DNA of 64,000 nucleotides, taken from positions 32,610 to 96,609 of the forward strand of contig JAUWMI010000004.1 of the NCBI GenBank assembly GCA_030613245.1. Direction: 5' to 3'. Every line of letters begins with the position of its first letter. The stretch's first letter is position 1. Source of the DNA: Candidatus Sumerlaeota bacterium. Lineage in GTDB: Bacteria; Sumerlaeota; Sumerlaeia; MWCT01; JAUWMI01. Shown in pieces: positions 1 through 8,351 of this stretch. A program made the translations under genes and the position numbers. The notes under the pieces were generated by a model. That model was not told where the DNA came from, searched no databases, and saw only the letters and a program-made list of their open reading frames with translations.

Positions 1-1323
1 TGGGCATTTGCCATTCTTTCTTTTCCAATATTTGTAGCCTTTGGGATTACTCGCCAGGTGTCCCTGTTATTTTATCCGCTTACGATTCTTTTGGTTATCC
101 CCTTTCTGGTGATTCCTGCTGGCATTGGCGCAATGCTGACCATGGTATTTGCCGCCTATTTCCCTGCGCGAAAGACACGCACAGTTTTTATCATTCTGGC
201 AGCCGCGGCAATTGGAATTACGGTATTGCTTATGCGGATGCTGGGGACACGGGACATCTTCTTGTCGCTTGATACAGGCGACTTCAGCCAGATTATGTCG
301 CTCTTGCAGTTTGGATCCTTGCCGCTACTGCCGAATTTCTGGCTCACCCAGGGTACTGTGGCTGCTGGAGCCGGCCGCTACGGCGCCTTCCTTTACTGGT
401 TCCTGATACTTGCTAGTACGGCGTTGATGTGTCTGCAGGTTTGTTTCTGGCTCATTCCCAGGCTATATTACCGGGGATGGGCTCTTGCCAAGGAGTCGTC
501 TGCAGTTGCAAGATCATATGCGAGACGCGCAGGCTTTGGTCTGGTGGACACACTCTTAAGGCCCCTGCGTCCGGCAATGCGTGCATTAGTGTCAAAAGAC
601 GTCAAAACCTTCTGGCGCGACCCGACTCAGTGGACACAGCTGATTATTCTTTTTGGCCTTTTGTTTATTTACATCGCAAATATTCGCAGCGCAGCTGCCC
701 ACACCGGAACTATTGACATCTTCATTCCCCGCTGGCAGACGATCCTATCGTTCTTCAATATGGGCGCGACTTGCTTCATTCTCTCGATTCTGACGACGCG
801 CTTCGTCTATCCAATGCTTAGTCTTGAAGGACGCCAATTCTGGGTTATTGGCCTCGCGCCGATCAAACGGGAGCACCTGGTGTGGGAAAAATACTGGATG
901 AGCTGGGCCACTGCTTTCATAATCACTGAAAGCCTGATGATCTTCTCAAATGTGATTCTGAACGTCTCAACATTTATGATGGTGTTATCTACGGTTACCA
1001 TCCTTGTGATGTCATTTGGCCTGACCAGCCTCTCAGTCGGTCTGGGTGCCATGACACCAAATTTTAAGGAGGATAACCCGGCCCGCATCGCAAACGGCCT
1101 GGGAGGAACTCTCAACGTCATTCTCAGCCTGATTTATATCGGAGTAATAATTGCGCTGGAAATCTACCCGACCTACATGTATGAGACTGGCAATTATTGG
1201 AACCTAGCCGTGTGGAAACGCTATATGGTACTGTGCATTGCTGTGCTGATCGCAATAAACGTTGTGACCATCTGGCTGCCCATGCGGTTGGGTTTGCGAC
1301 GCTGGCGCCAGATCGAATTCTAG
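1..1323 (+). CDS. Polytopic membrane protein, ABC-2/putative-ABC-exporter permease-like; 5' end probably outside the window (the frame is open back to nt 1)
   Basis: 421-aa ORF with many hydrophobic segments and GTG at 58. The same frame stays open to the window edge. There are no catalytic motifs, and the family assignment is by general resemblance only. Confidence 0.4.
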   Translation, partial: WAFAILSFPIFVAFGITRQVSLLFYPLTILLVIPFLVIPAGIGAMLTMVFAAYFPARKTRTVFIILAAAAIGITVLLMRMLGTRDIFLSLDTGDFSQIMSLLQFGSLPLLPNFWLTQGTVAAGAGRYGAFLYWFLILASTALMCLQVCFWLIPRLYYRGWALAKESSAVARSYARRAGFGLVDTLLRPLRPAMRALVSKDVKTFWRDPTQWTQLIILFGLLFIYIANIRSAAAHTGTIDIFIPRWQTILSFFNMGATCFILSILTTRFVYPMLSLEGRQFWVIGLAPIKREHLVWEKYWMSWATAFIITESLMIFSNVILNVSTFMMVLSTVTILVMSFGLTSLSVGLGAMTPNFKEDNPARIANGLGGTLNVILSLIYIGVIIALEIYPTYMYETGNYWNLAVWKRYMVLCIAVLIAINVVTIWLPMRLGLRRWRQIEF

Positions 1324-1440
1324 CGCCTTATGGCTCCGGAAAAACAGTGGGAATAGTCGAAATCAGTGGCAGAATGTTGCCTGGAGGGACTGAAAGAGGA
1401 GGGTGCAAGACTACCAGAAGGTGTATAATGCAAAACGACA

Positions 1441-2439
1441 CTATAGATCATAGTGCCGTCGGTAATACTCCTGAAATTCACCGCCCTTGATTTTTTTCCA
1501 CCACTCTACATTCTCGGTGTACCACGCAACGGTTTGCTTGAGCGACTTCTCGAAATTCGCCTCGGGCTTCCAGCCCAGTTTGCGGAGTTTTGATGAATTC
1601 AAGGAATACCGCCGGTCATGTCCTTTGCGATCTGTGACGTGGCGAATCAGACTCTCTTGTTTGCCCAGATAGGCAAGTATCAGGTGCACAACGTCCAGAT
1701 TTTTCTTCTCTTCATTGGCCCCGACGTTGTAGATCTCGCCTTCTTTCCCCTTGTGCAATATCAGGTCAATCGCCGTACAGTTATCTCTGACGTACAGCCA
1801 GTCTCGTACATTCAACCCGTCCCCGTAAAGCGGCAGCTGTCTGTCCTCCAGTGCATTAGTAATAAAGAGGGGGATGAATTTTTCTGGATGCTGATATGGC
1901 CCGTAGTTGTTGGAGCTGCGCGTAATGAGAACCGGAAGACGGTACGTTGTCCAGCTGGAAAGAGCCAACAGATCGGCACCTGCCTTGCTCGCCGCGTAGG
2001 GGCTGCTGGGGTTCAGCGGCGACTCTTCAGTAAACGAGCCTCGATCAATGCTACCGTACACCTCGTCGGTGGAAATCTGAACGTACCGCTCAATTTTGAA
2101 CTCCTTTACCGCTTCAAGCAAAATGTACGTTCCCAGCACATCTGTTTCAACAAATGCCTGGGGGCTAGAGATTGAGCGATCCACGTGGGTCTCTGCGGCA
2201 AAATTAACAATCCAGTCTGCATTGCGGCACGCCTCATCCACATCACGCTTGTTGCAAATGTCACCTTTCTGAAAGGAAAAGTTCCGTTCTCCTCGACAGG
2301 ATTCAAGATTCGCCATGTTCCCTGCGTATGTAAGCTTATCCAGAACGTGAACCGAATAATCAGGGTAAAGGCCAAGTATGTATTTGACAAAATTACTGCC
2401 AATGAATCCTGCCCCACCCGTAACGACGATACGCTTCAT
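1441..2439 (-). CDS. rfbB: dTDP-glucose 4,6-dehydratase
   Basis: N-terminal MKRIVVTGGAGFIGSNFV Rossmann motif and the YxxxK catalytic region (PYAASKAGADLL). The 332-aa length is typical of RmlB. Confidence 0.9.
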   Translation of the reverse strand: MKRIVVTGGAGFIGSNFVKYILGLYPDYSVHVLDKLTYAGNMANLESCRGERNFSFQKGDICNKRDVDEACRNADWIVNFAAETHVDRSISSPQAFVETDVLGTYILLEAVKEFKIERYVQISTDEVYGSIDRGSFTEESPLNPSSPYAASKAGADLLALSSWTTYRLPVLITRSSNNYGPYQHPEKFIPLFITNALEDRQLPLYGDGLNVRDWLYVRDNCTAIDLILHKGKEGEIYNVGANEEKKNLDVVHLILAYLGKQESLIRHVTDRKGHDRRYSLNSSKLRKLGWKPEANFEKSLKQTVAWYTENVEWWKKIKGGEFQEYYRRHYDL

Positions 2440-2712
2440 TGACCCTCTCTTATCTCCTTGAAATGGGCTAGCTACCTTGGGCTAAATACTCAGAGTCGCC
2501 TCTGGCATGCATGGTACCTGAACGTGGCGTCTGGCCATTGCTCAATGTCTGTTGACATAATACCAATGCATATACTAAAAGAAGTTTCAGCTCTTCACGC
2601 AAGCTTCTTGGCTCTGCTCCTATCAGTTTCAGGAGATGTGGTCAACTGGAATTTTGATAAGCGTGTGGAAAACACGCTTCAATTGCAAGTCCGACATTTC
2701 AATTGGTGAAAA

Positions 2713-3186
2713 ATGGAAGCTACGATTCGCAAAGCGCGTTTTGAGGACATTGACCGGATTGTTGAGCTTTGGATGGAAATGATGAGAGCTCACCATCGGT
2801 TTGAGCCGCGTATTGTCTTGGCTGCAAATGCTGCTGGGGAATATCGCAAATTTGTCTCCCATTATATCGCACATGCCGATTCATCTATCTATGTTGCTGA
2901 GCGCAACAACAACGAGGTTGTAGGCTATTGCCTTGCGTTTATCTCCCAGAACCTGCCAATGTTTGAGCCAGAAACATGTGGTTTTATCTCAGATCTCGTC
3001 GTAACAGAAAAACAAAAACGCCAGGGTATTGGCGCGGCATTAATCAGCCAGGTCAAGCAGTGGTTCCAGCGCCGGGCCGTTAAGAATATTCAGTTGCAGG
3101 TCTATTCGCACAACACTGTGGGTAAACAGTTCTGGAAGAAGACTGGCTTTGAGAACTTTTTCGAGCGTCTCTGGCTGGATCTCTGA
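2713..3186 (+). CDS. GNAT family N-acetyltransferase
   Basis: 157 aa. The GNAT acetyl-CoA motif region RQGIGAALI and overall layout fit the family. Confidence 0.7.
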   Translation: MEATIRKARFEDIDRIVELWMEMMRAHHRFEPRIVLAANAAGEYRKFVSHYIAHADSSIYVAERNNNEVVGYCLAFISQNLPMFEPETCGFISDLVVTEKQKRQGIGAALISQVKQWFQRRAVKNIQLQVYSHNTVGKQFWKKTGFENFFERLWLDL

Positions 3187-3246
3187 CGAGCGTTGCCAGC
3201 ACAGTCAAAATCGCACTAATCCAGTTTAGATTTCCCGGAACATTCC

Positions 3247-4632
3247 GTGACGAAAACTGAAACAATTCGCAGGTGGGAGCTGGCAGCAGTTGCGTTTACG
3301 AGCCTGGTTGCCATTGGATTCCTCTGCAGCCGATACCCGGCACACGCACCGTACATCATCGCTGCGCTCCTCACCCTGACTGTATTTTTTCTGCTGGGGC
3401 CTTTTGTCGGATTCTTGCTCTATTTCCCAACCACCTTTTTTCAAACCATTCCCATTGGAACATACCCAATCTCACTCAATCAATTTGCAGGACTGGCGTT
3501 CATCATTTCCTGGATCAGCTGGACATGGCGCAAAAAGATCACCATCCCCCGAAGCCGGTATCTCACTCTCCTCGTGCTGATCTCTGGCTATTTTGCTCTC
3601 TCGGCCCTGACCGGGGAAGACTTTGAGGCAGGACTTACCCATTTCTGGTACCTGGGCATTTATCTCCTCGTCGCCATTGTTATCGGCTCGATGGTAAAGG
3701 ACGAAAGAACGGTAAAGATTTTCTTCTGGCTTGTACTTCTCGTGACCTTTCTCTCATCCTGTATCGGTTTTATCGAATTTGTGTTTAACACGGATTTGTT
3801 TGAAAAATCGCGGGCGTTCTGGAAGGGCAGATTCCGCATCAATGCCACGGCGCCAAATTCCATCGTCTTTGCCTATAACTCGCTCTATGCTTTCCCATTT
3901 GGCTACTACCTTTTTTCTGAAACTCGGCGCAACTTTCCACGTTTCGCCGCACTAGCAATCGCTGTGTTCATCAATGTCATTGCCCTCTTCACCTTTAATC
4001 GCCAGACTATTATCCTGATCATGGTACAGTTTGTGCTGGTCGCTATCCTGTTCAAAAATAAATATACGAAGATCTTTCTGACACTTATCGTTATTCTCAG
4101 CATCGTCTCCGCGCCGTTTCTCATCACTAAGGTCTTCACACGGCTGGGAACGATTACGGAGATCTCCCGCGATTACTCAATACTTACACGCCGCGATGGG
4201 TTTCTGATCGGCATGGAGATCCTGCGCAACAAACCTCTGTTCGGCATTGGGTTCGGCAGCTTTCCAACCACATGGCCCAGCTATCTCCCCGACAATACGT
4301 ATTTACTCCAGTACGACAAGCTTGGAAAACACTATCCTGATTTTGGCTATAATCAGATTCTGTCTGAAACAGGAATAGTAGGATTGACGATCGCTCTAGT
4401 GTTCTTTTGTCTTACGCTCCGTATACTGTTCATGATGCGGCGCGAAGGGATTAACAAACAGCGCCGCGATCTGGCTAATTATGCCAGTGCCTTGCTGGTG
4501 CTTATGGCCGTTTTTCTTATCGCAAGCTTCATCCAGGACACGTTCCTTTACGTTCGCACCTGGATCATGTTTGGTATGATACTGGCATTGTCGAAGCCGC
4601 GGCTATTTCCGGAAAGAGAAAAAGTCCCCTGA
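3247..4632 (+). CDS. O-antigen ligase/polymerase (Wzy/WaaL-type) family membrane protein
   Basis: 461 aa with roughly 10-12 predicted TM helices and a periplasmic loop near the C-terminus (FGIGFGSF). The stop overlaps the start of the next gene (ATGA). Confidence 0.55.
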   Translation: MTKTETIRRWELAAVAFTSLVAIGFLCSRYPAHAPYIIAALLTLTVFFLLGPFVGFLLYFPTTFFQTIPIGTYPISLNQFAGLAFIISWISWTWRKKITIPRSRYLTLLVLISGYFALSALTGEDFEAGLTHFWYLGIYLLVAIVIGSMVKDERTVKIFFWLVLLVTFLSSCIGFIEFVFNTDLFEKSRAFWKGRFRINATAPNSIVFAYNSLYAFPFGYYLFSETRRNFPRFAALAIAVFINVIALFTFNRQTIILIMVQFVLVAILFKNKYTKIFLTLIVILSIVSAPFLITKVFTRLGTITEISRDYSILTRRDGFLIGMEILRNKPLFGIGFGSFPTTWPSYLPDNTYLLQYDKLGKHYPDFGYNQILSETGIVGLTIALVFFCLTLRILFMMRREGINKQRRDLANYASALLVLMAVFLIASFIQDTFLYVRTWIMFGMILALSKPRLFPEREKVP

Positions 4633-5780
4633 TGCGCGTGATTTTTATTTCTCACTCAAGCGAATGTTCTGGTGCGCCTCTGGTTTTGCTTTCCATTGTG
4701 CAGCACCTGAATCCCGATAGCTTCAAACCATTGGTCGTGTTCCCGGATTATGGTGGAGCAGAAGAAATGGCTCGCTTGCACGGGGCGACCACACGGGTAA
4801 TCCGCAATCCCGCTATTGGAATCAGCGAAACGGATGGTCTCTGGCCCAGGCTCAGGCTACTTCTCAGGCGTCTGGCTTATGTCTGGCAGCTGGTCGGCCT
4901 GCTCCGACGCGAGCGCGCCGTGATTGCATACGTGAATTCTGCAGTAAGCATTTTCCCTGGCATCGCTGCAGTGATAGCTGGCAAACGCGTCTGTTGGCAC
5001 GTCCACGAAGACATCATACCAGTATGGACCAACCGAGTGAAAATATGGCTTATCAAGCGTATAGCGCGCGTCATCATCTTTGCAGGCTCATCCAGTCAGA
5101 AACCCTTCCTGCCTCGACCCAAACGAGCACTGTGGTTCGTAGTGCCGAATGGCATTGACGTTGACAGATTTGCCAGCGGTCGCGCATCTGCCCAGCTCTA
5201 TAAGGAGCTTAATCTTACACCCGAAGATTTGGTTGTGACAACAACGGCAATGTTGGCTTGGATAAAGGGCATTGACATACTGCTCGAAGCAGCAGCTGAG
5301 GTGGCTGCCCATTTTCAACGAGTGAAGTTCTTAATTGCTGGTGAATCATCACACACGCATAAGCCATACCTCGATGCGCTACAACACCTGATGCAGCGCC
5401 ACGGGTTGGCCCGCAACGTGTTCTTAATCGGCCGACGCCAAGATATTTCAGACATCCTGGCCCTCTCAACGCTCTTCGTTCTTCCTTCGCGACGAGAGGT
5501 TTGTCCGGTTTCGCTCATTGAAGCAATGGCGGCGGGAAAACCCATTATCGCAACAGACGTCGGAAGCGTGAGTGACATCCTCGACAACGGCCGCTGCGGC
5601 GTGATCGTGCCACCCGAAAACCCCCGTGCACTCGCAAAGGCCATAACGCAGCTCCTTGAGAGTGCTGATGCACGCGAACGCCTGGCACAAGAGGCTCGCG
5701 CAAAAGCCCTCCGTGAATATCGCCTCGATGGCTTTATCCAGCAGATAGCGCACGCAATTACACGCACCTTAGGAAATTAG
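4632..5780 (+). CDS. Glycosyltransferase family 4 (GT-B, group 1)
   Basis: The C-terminal EX7E-like region (PSRREVCPVSLIEAMAAGKPIIATDVGS) is typical of GT4. Confidence 0.8.
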   Translation: MRVIFISHSSECSGAPLVLLSIVQHLNPDSFKPLVVFPDYGGAEEMARLHGATTRVIRNPAIGISETDGLWPRLRLLLRRLAYVWQLVGLLRRERAVIAYVNSAVSIFPGIAAVIAGKRVCWHVHEDIIPVWTNRVKIWLIKRIARVIIFAGSSSQKPFLPRPKRALWFVVPNGIDVDRFASGRASAQLYKELNLTPEDLVVTTTAMLAWIKGIDILLEAAAEVAAHFQRVKFLIAGESSHTHKPYLDALQHLMQRHGLARNVFLIGRRQDISDILALSTLFVLPSRREVCPVSLIEAMAAGKPIIATDVGSVSDILDNGRCGVIVPPENPRALAKAITQLLESADARERLAQEARAKALREYRLDGFIQQIAHAITRTLGN

Positions 5781-5879
5781 CGCCACTATTGAGACATCAA
5801 CCATGTATTGCTCGCGCTGTAGTCGCAAAATGAAGGAACAAAAACGCAGCTACCATAAAAAACGCAAGTGGATTTGCCC

Positions 5880-5995
5880 ACGTTGTGGAAAAGTTCGCAT
5901 GCAAGATATTCGGTCGAAGACGGATAAGGTGTGGAAGTGAAATGAGCAGACATATTGTGCAATGATCGAAGCTGCTCATTGTAAAGATTCGTAGG
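5880..5995 (-). pseudogene. 5'-truncated remnant of a paralog of the TMTC-like TPR membrane protein encoded at 8331..10637
   Basis: A 19-nt exact match (gatcgaagctgctcattgt) links 5965-5983 to 10496-10514, with about 35 nt of flanking similarity. The remnant translates to ...YNEQLRSLHNMSAHFTSTPYP, compared with ...HNEQLRSWRNLPALFTSSFPP in the intact gene. It ends abruptly at the 5994 repeat. Confidence 0.35.
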
Positions 5996-6061
5996 GGCGA
6001 CCCGCCGGGTCGCTCATGCCTGTCTTTGATCTTAGAGGTACTACTCGATCTCTGATGAGGG
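5994..6061. repeat. Roughly 70 bp direct repeat, copy A (GGGGCGACCCGCCGGGTCGC hairpin ... CTCTGATGAGGG); copy B is at 8282..8351
   Basis: About 90% identity to 8282-8351 by eye. It contains the perfect inverted repeat gcgaccc(g)cc(g)ggtcgc. Confidence 0.8.
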
Positions 6062-6314
6062 TAGAATGCGGAGGTAGAATGCGGGGACATGTTATAGATT
6101 AATCTTGACGTTAGGTTGCGGACGAGAGTAGAAGTGCATTAATTATGGCTCCTATTGTGAGAACAGTTATTCAGGGATATGCATATATTGCGTCATAATG
6201 AATAACGAGAATTTCAAAAATCAAGACCTGACCTCAAAACCTGGTCTGTATGATAGCAAATTAGTAAAAGAAATTGTTTTTATAATTTTTTGCTTTAAAA
6301 GAGGCGATGTTAAA

Positions 6315-7709
6315 ATGATGTTTAAAAAAATTCTGATGGTTCTTTCTCTGCTTTTCTTACACGTGTTCATCATGGACAGCATAGGACAGACCAACTACTG
6401 GCAGGAGAATGGGTTAAGAATTTGTCAGAAAGATACATTCGAGGGTACTCCGAAGATATGTCCCGCACCTCAAAATGGCGCTATTGTCATCTGGAGAGAT
6501 CTACTTGAGGGTGGTTTGCCCAACGATGTCTGTGGGCAGCGAATCACAGGAATAGGACAGACTCTCTGGGCAACAAATGGTGCTACTTTATTACACTTCA
6601 TTCTAGATAGTTACATGTTGCTGCGTACCTTCACCAGTGAGGGTAATACAAGTTATTATTATGGCTACGAAGAAACCCCCGATTTGTACGTTCAAAAGAT
6701 GGACGTGAATGGCAGTACACAATGGGGTGTATATGGTACAAACACATCTCTTCCGGTAAACGCTGGATATTATCCGACAACCAGAACCGATATGATCTGC
6801 GATGGCTCAGGTGGAGTGATTATGGTATCCCACCCAGTACAGATAATGCCCACCAGTGGGGGCTATCTCTACTGTCAACGCGTCGATAGCTCTGGTTCCA
6901 ACGTTTGGGGAGCAGGAGGCATACAATTACATGGAACAGATGTGGATGAATTTGGGCTTTGCAGCGATGGCGCTGGTGGCGCAATCTTTGCCTGGGTAGA
7001 TAGGAGGGATGCCGGTGATTATAAGGTTTACGCCCAACGTCTAAATGCCAGCGGGACAAAACTCTGGGGTTCAGACGTCCCTGTCTGCAACGAGTCAGGT
7101 TACCAGATCTTTCCACTGGTCATTGCCACTGCTGATGGTGGTGCAATCATTGCCTGGCGAGACACTCGTGCAACTCCACACACACTATACGCGCAACGCC
7201 TGAACAGCAATGGAGCCCCTCAGTGGACCGCTAATGGTATCCCGGTTGCCGGGGGTGATTTTTCACCCCCCAAAGTTTTCCTTAGTGATGGTCAATCAGG
7301 GGTTTTAGTTGTATTTAAAGAAGGATCTTCCCTTTACGTAACTCGTATTTATGCTAACGCAACAATGTGGGCATCAAAGCTTCTCATTGCCAGTGATCTC
7401 AATCTTACTGAATATGTCGCTGTGGAAAGTTCCGGAGGAGACATCATTGTAGCCTGGTTTTCTGGTTCCAACGACATTATATATTGTCGGAGAATCAGTT
7501 CGACAGGCACAAAACTCTGGGATTCTGATAAAACCATCTGCGCTATCGAGCAGGAAAAAGATGATATCGTAATTTGCTCTGACGGCAACGGTGGAGCTAT
7601 TATTAGCTGGGAACAAGATTTCGATATATATGCACAACGAGTCACAGCCGATGGAACACTCGGGCACAATGCCAGCCTCCCGGTGAATAACTGGAAGCTT
7701 TATTACTAG
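6315..7709 (+). CDS. Secreted repeat protein, roughly 7 x 50-aa repeats (beta-propeller-like); function unknown
   Basis: AAGAGG sits 11 nt upstream of ATGATG. The N-terminus MMFKKILMVLSLLFLHVF is signal-like. Recurrent blocks GGAI(I/F)AW...YAQRLN(A/S)(S/N)G(T/A)(K/P)(L/Q)W recur about every 50-55 aa. The local sequence is AT-richer than the flanks. Confidence 0.6.
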   Translation: MMFKKILMVLSLLFLHVFIMDSIGQTNYWQENGLRICQKDTFEGTPKICPAPQNGAIVIWRDLLEGGLPNDVCGQRITGIGQTLWATNGATLLHFILDSYMLLRTFTSEGNTSYYYGYEETPDLYVQKMDVNGSTQWGVYGTNTSLPVNAGYYPTTRTDMICDGSGGVIMVSHPVQIMPTSGGYLYCQRVDSSGSNVWGAGGIQLHGTDVDEFGLCSDGAGGAIFAWVDRRDAGDYKVYAQRLNASGTKLWGSDVPVCNESGYQIFPLVIATADGGAIIAWRDTRATPHTLYAQRLNSNGAPQWTANGIPVAGGDFSPPKVFLSDGQSGVLVVFKEGSSLYVTRIYANATMWASKLLIASDLNLTEYVAVESSGGDIIVAWFSGSNDIIYCRRISSTGTKLWDSDKTICAIEQEKDDIVICSDGNGGAIISWEQDFDIYAQRVTADGTLGHNASLPVNNWKLYY

Positions 7710-7721
7710 GGACAGAATACG

Positions 7722-8028
7722 CAATACGGGGAGGGGCTGGAGGAAGCACAACAGAAAGAAATCACGAAGAACACATACACGGGGCGACCGAGCGGCACGG
7801 CCGATTTCATAAAAAAATTAGAAACACTTCTCGGCCGTTATCTGAAACATCAGAAGCCAGGACGAAAAAAGGGAAATACATAACCTATCCCACCATTTCC
7901 ACCATTTATCGTCCTACCATTTATCGCGCCAGATTGACGCGACGGACGCGAAGATTGACCGGCTGGTGTATGAGCTTTACCAGCTGACAGACGAGGAAAT
8001 CGCCATCGTGGAAGGAGAAAAACATTAA
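7722..8028 (+). pseudogene. Gene remnants; 7930-8028 encodes the characteristic C-terminal tail of an N6-adenine DNA methyltransferase / type IIG restriction-modification (RM) enzyme (QIDATDAKIDRLVYELYQLTDEEIAIVEGEKH*)
   Basis: The ...IDRLVYELYGLTEEEIAIVEG-type tail is a well-known C-terminal signature of Eco57I/PglX-like methyltransferases. No upstream catalytic region is present. The piece at 7722-7882 (EEAQQKEITKNTYTGRP...) is partly repeated at 8238-8290. Confidence 0.4.
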
Positions 8029-8175
8029 CCACGAAGACACAAAGACACCAAGAAAATCTTAGTGCCTTACTGGTGAAAAAAAAGTAAGAAGGGGAGAAAT
8101 TCTAACCACCAAGACACCAAGACACGAAAATATAAAAACACGAAGAATTTTTTGTGCCCGCCTTTGTGTCTTTGT
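8027..8175. repeat. CA-rich degenerate tandem units with a long imperfect inverted repeat (accaccaagacaccaagacac ... gtgtctttgtgcctttgtggt)
   Basis: Two roughly 70-bp units begin accacgaagacacaaagacaccaag / accaccaagacaccaagacacg. The second forms arms of about 21 bp with 3 mismatches. Confidence 0.5.
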
Positions 8176-8281
8176 GCCTTTGTGGTAAAAAAAATAGGAA
8201 AGGAACAATGAAAGAGCACGACCCCATTCCCCAACGTGCGGAGGAAGCACAGGAGGAAGAAATCAGAAAGAACACTTACAC

Positions 8282-8351
8282 GGGGCGACCCGCGCCGGGT
8301 CGCTCATGTTTGTCTTTGATCTTAGAGGAACTACTCGATCTCTGATGAGGG
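8282..8351. repeat. Roughly 70 bp direct repeat, copy B; overlaps the last codons and stop of the TPR-protein gene
   Basis: See copy A. The preceding 45 nt (8238-8281) also match 7737-7780. Confidence 0.8.

Noticed and set aside
5797-6090. The 97-aa minus-strand ORF and other overlapping ORFs in the track (e.g. 149-406, 5315-5767, 9988-10494, 13542-14129, 57245-57526).
   Set aside because: They lie within or antisense to well-supported genes or inside repeat/scar DNA, lack RBSs and have low-complexity translations.
6040-6100. CUGAUGAGG in both 70-bp repeats looked like a hammerhead-ribozyme core.
   Set aside because: No properly placed GAAA / stem-III / cleavage-site triad could be built in either copy. 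The tandem gtagaatgcgg units in copy A are absent from copy B.
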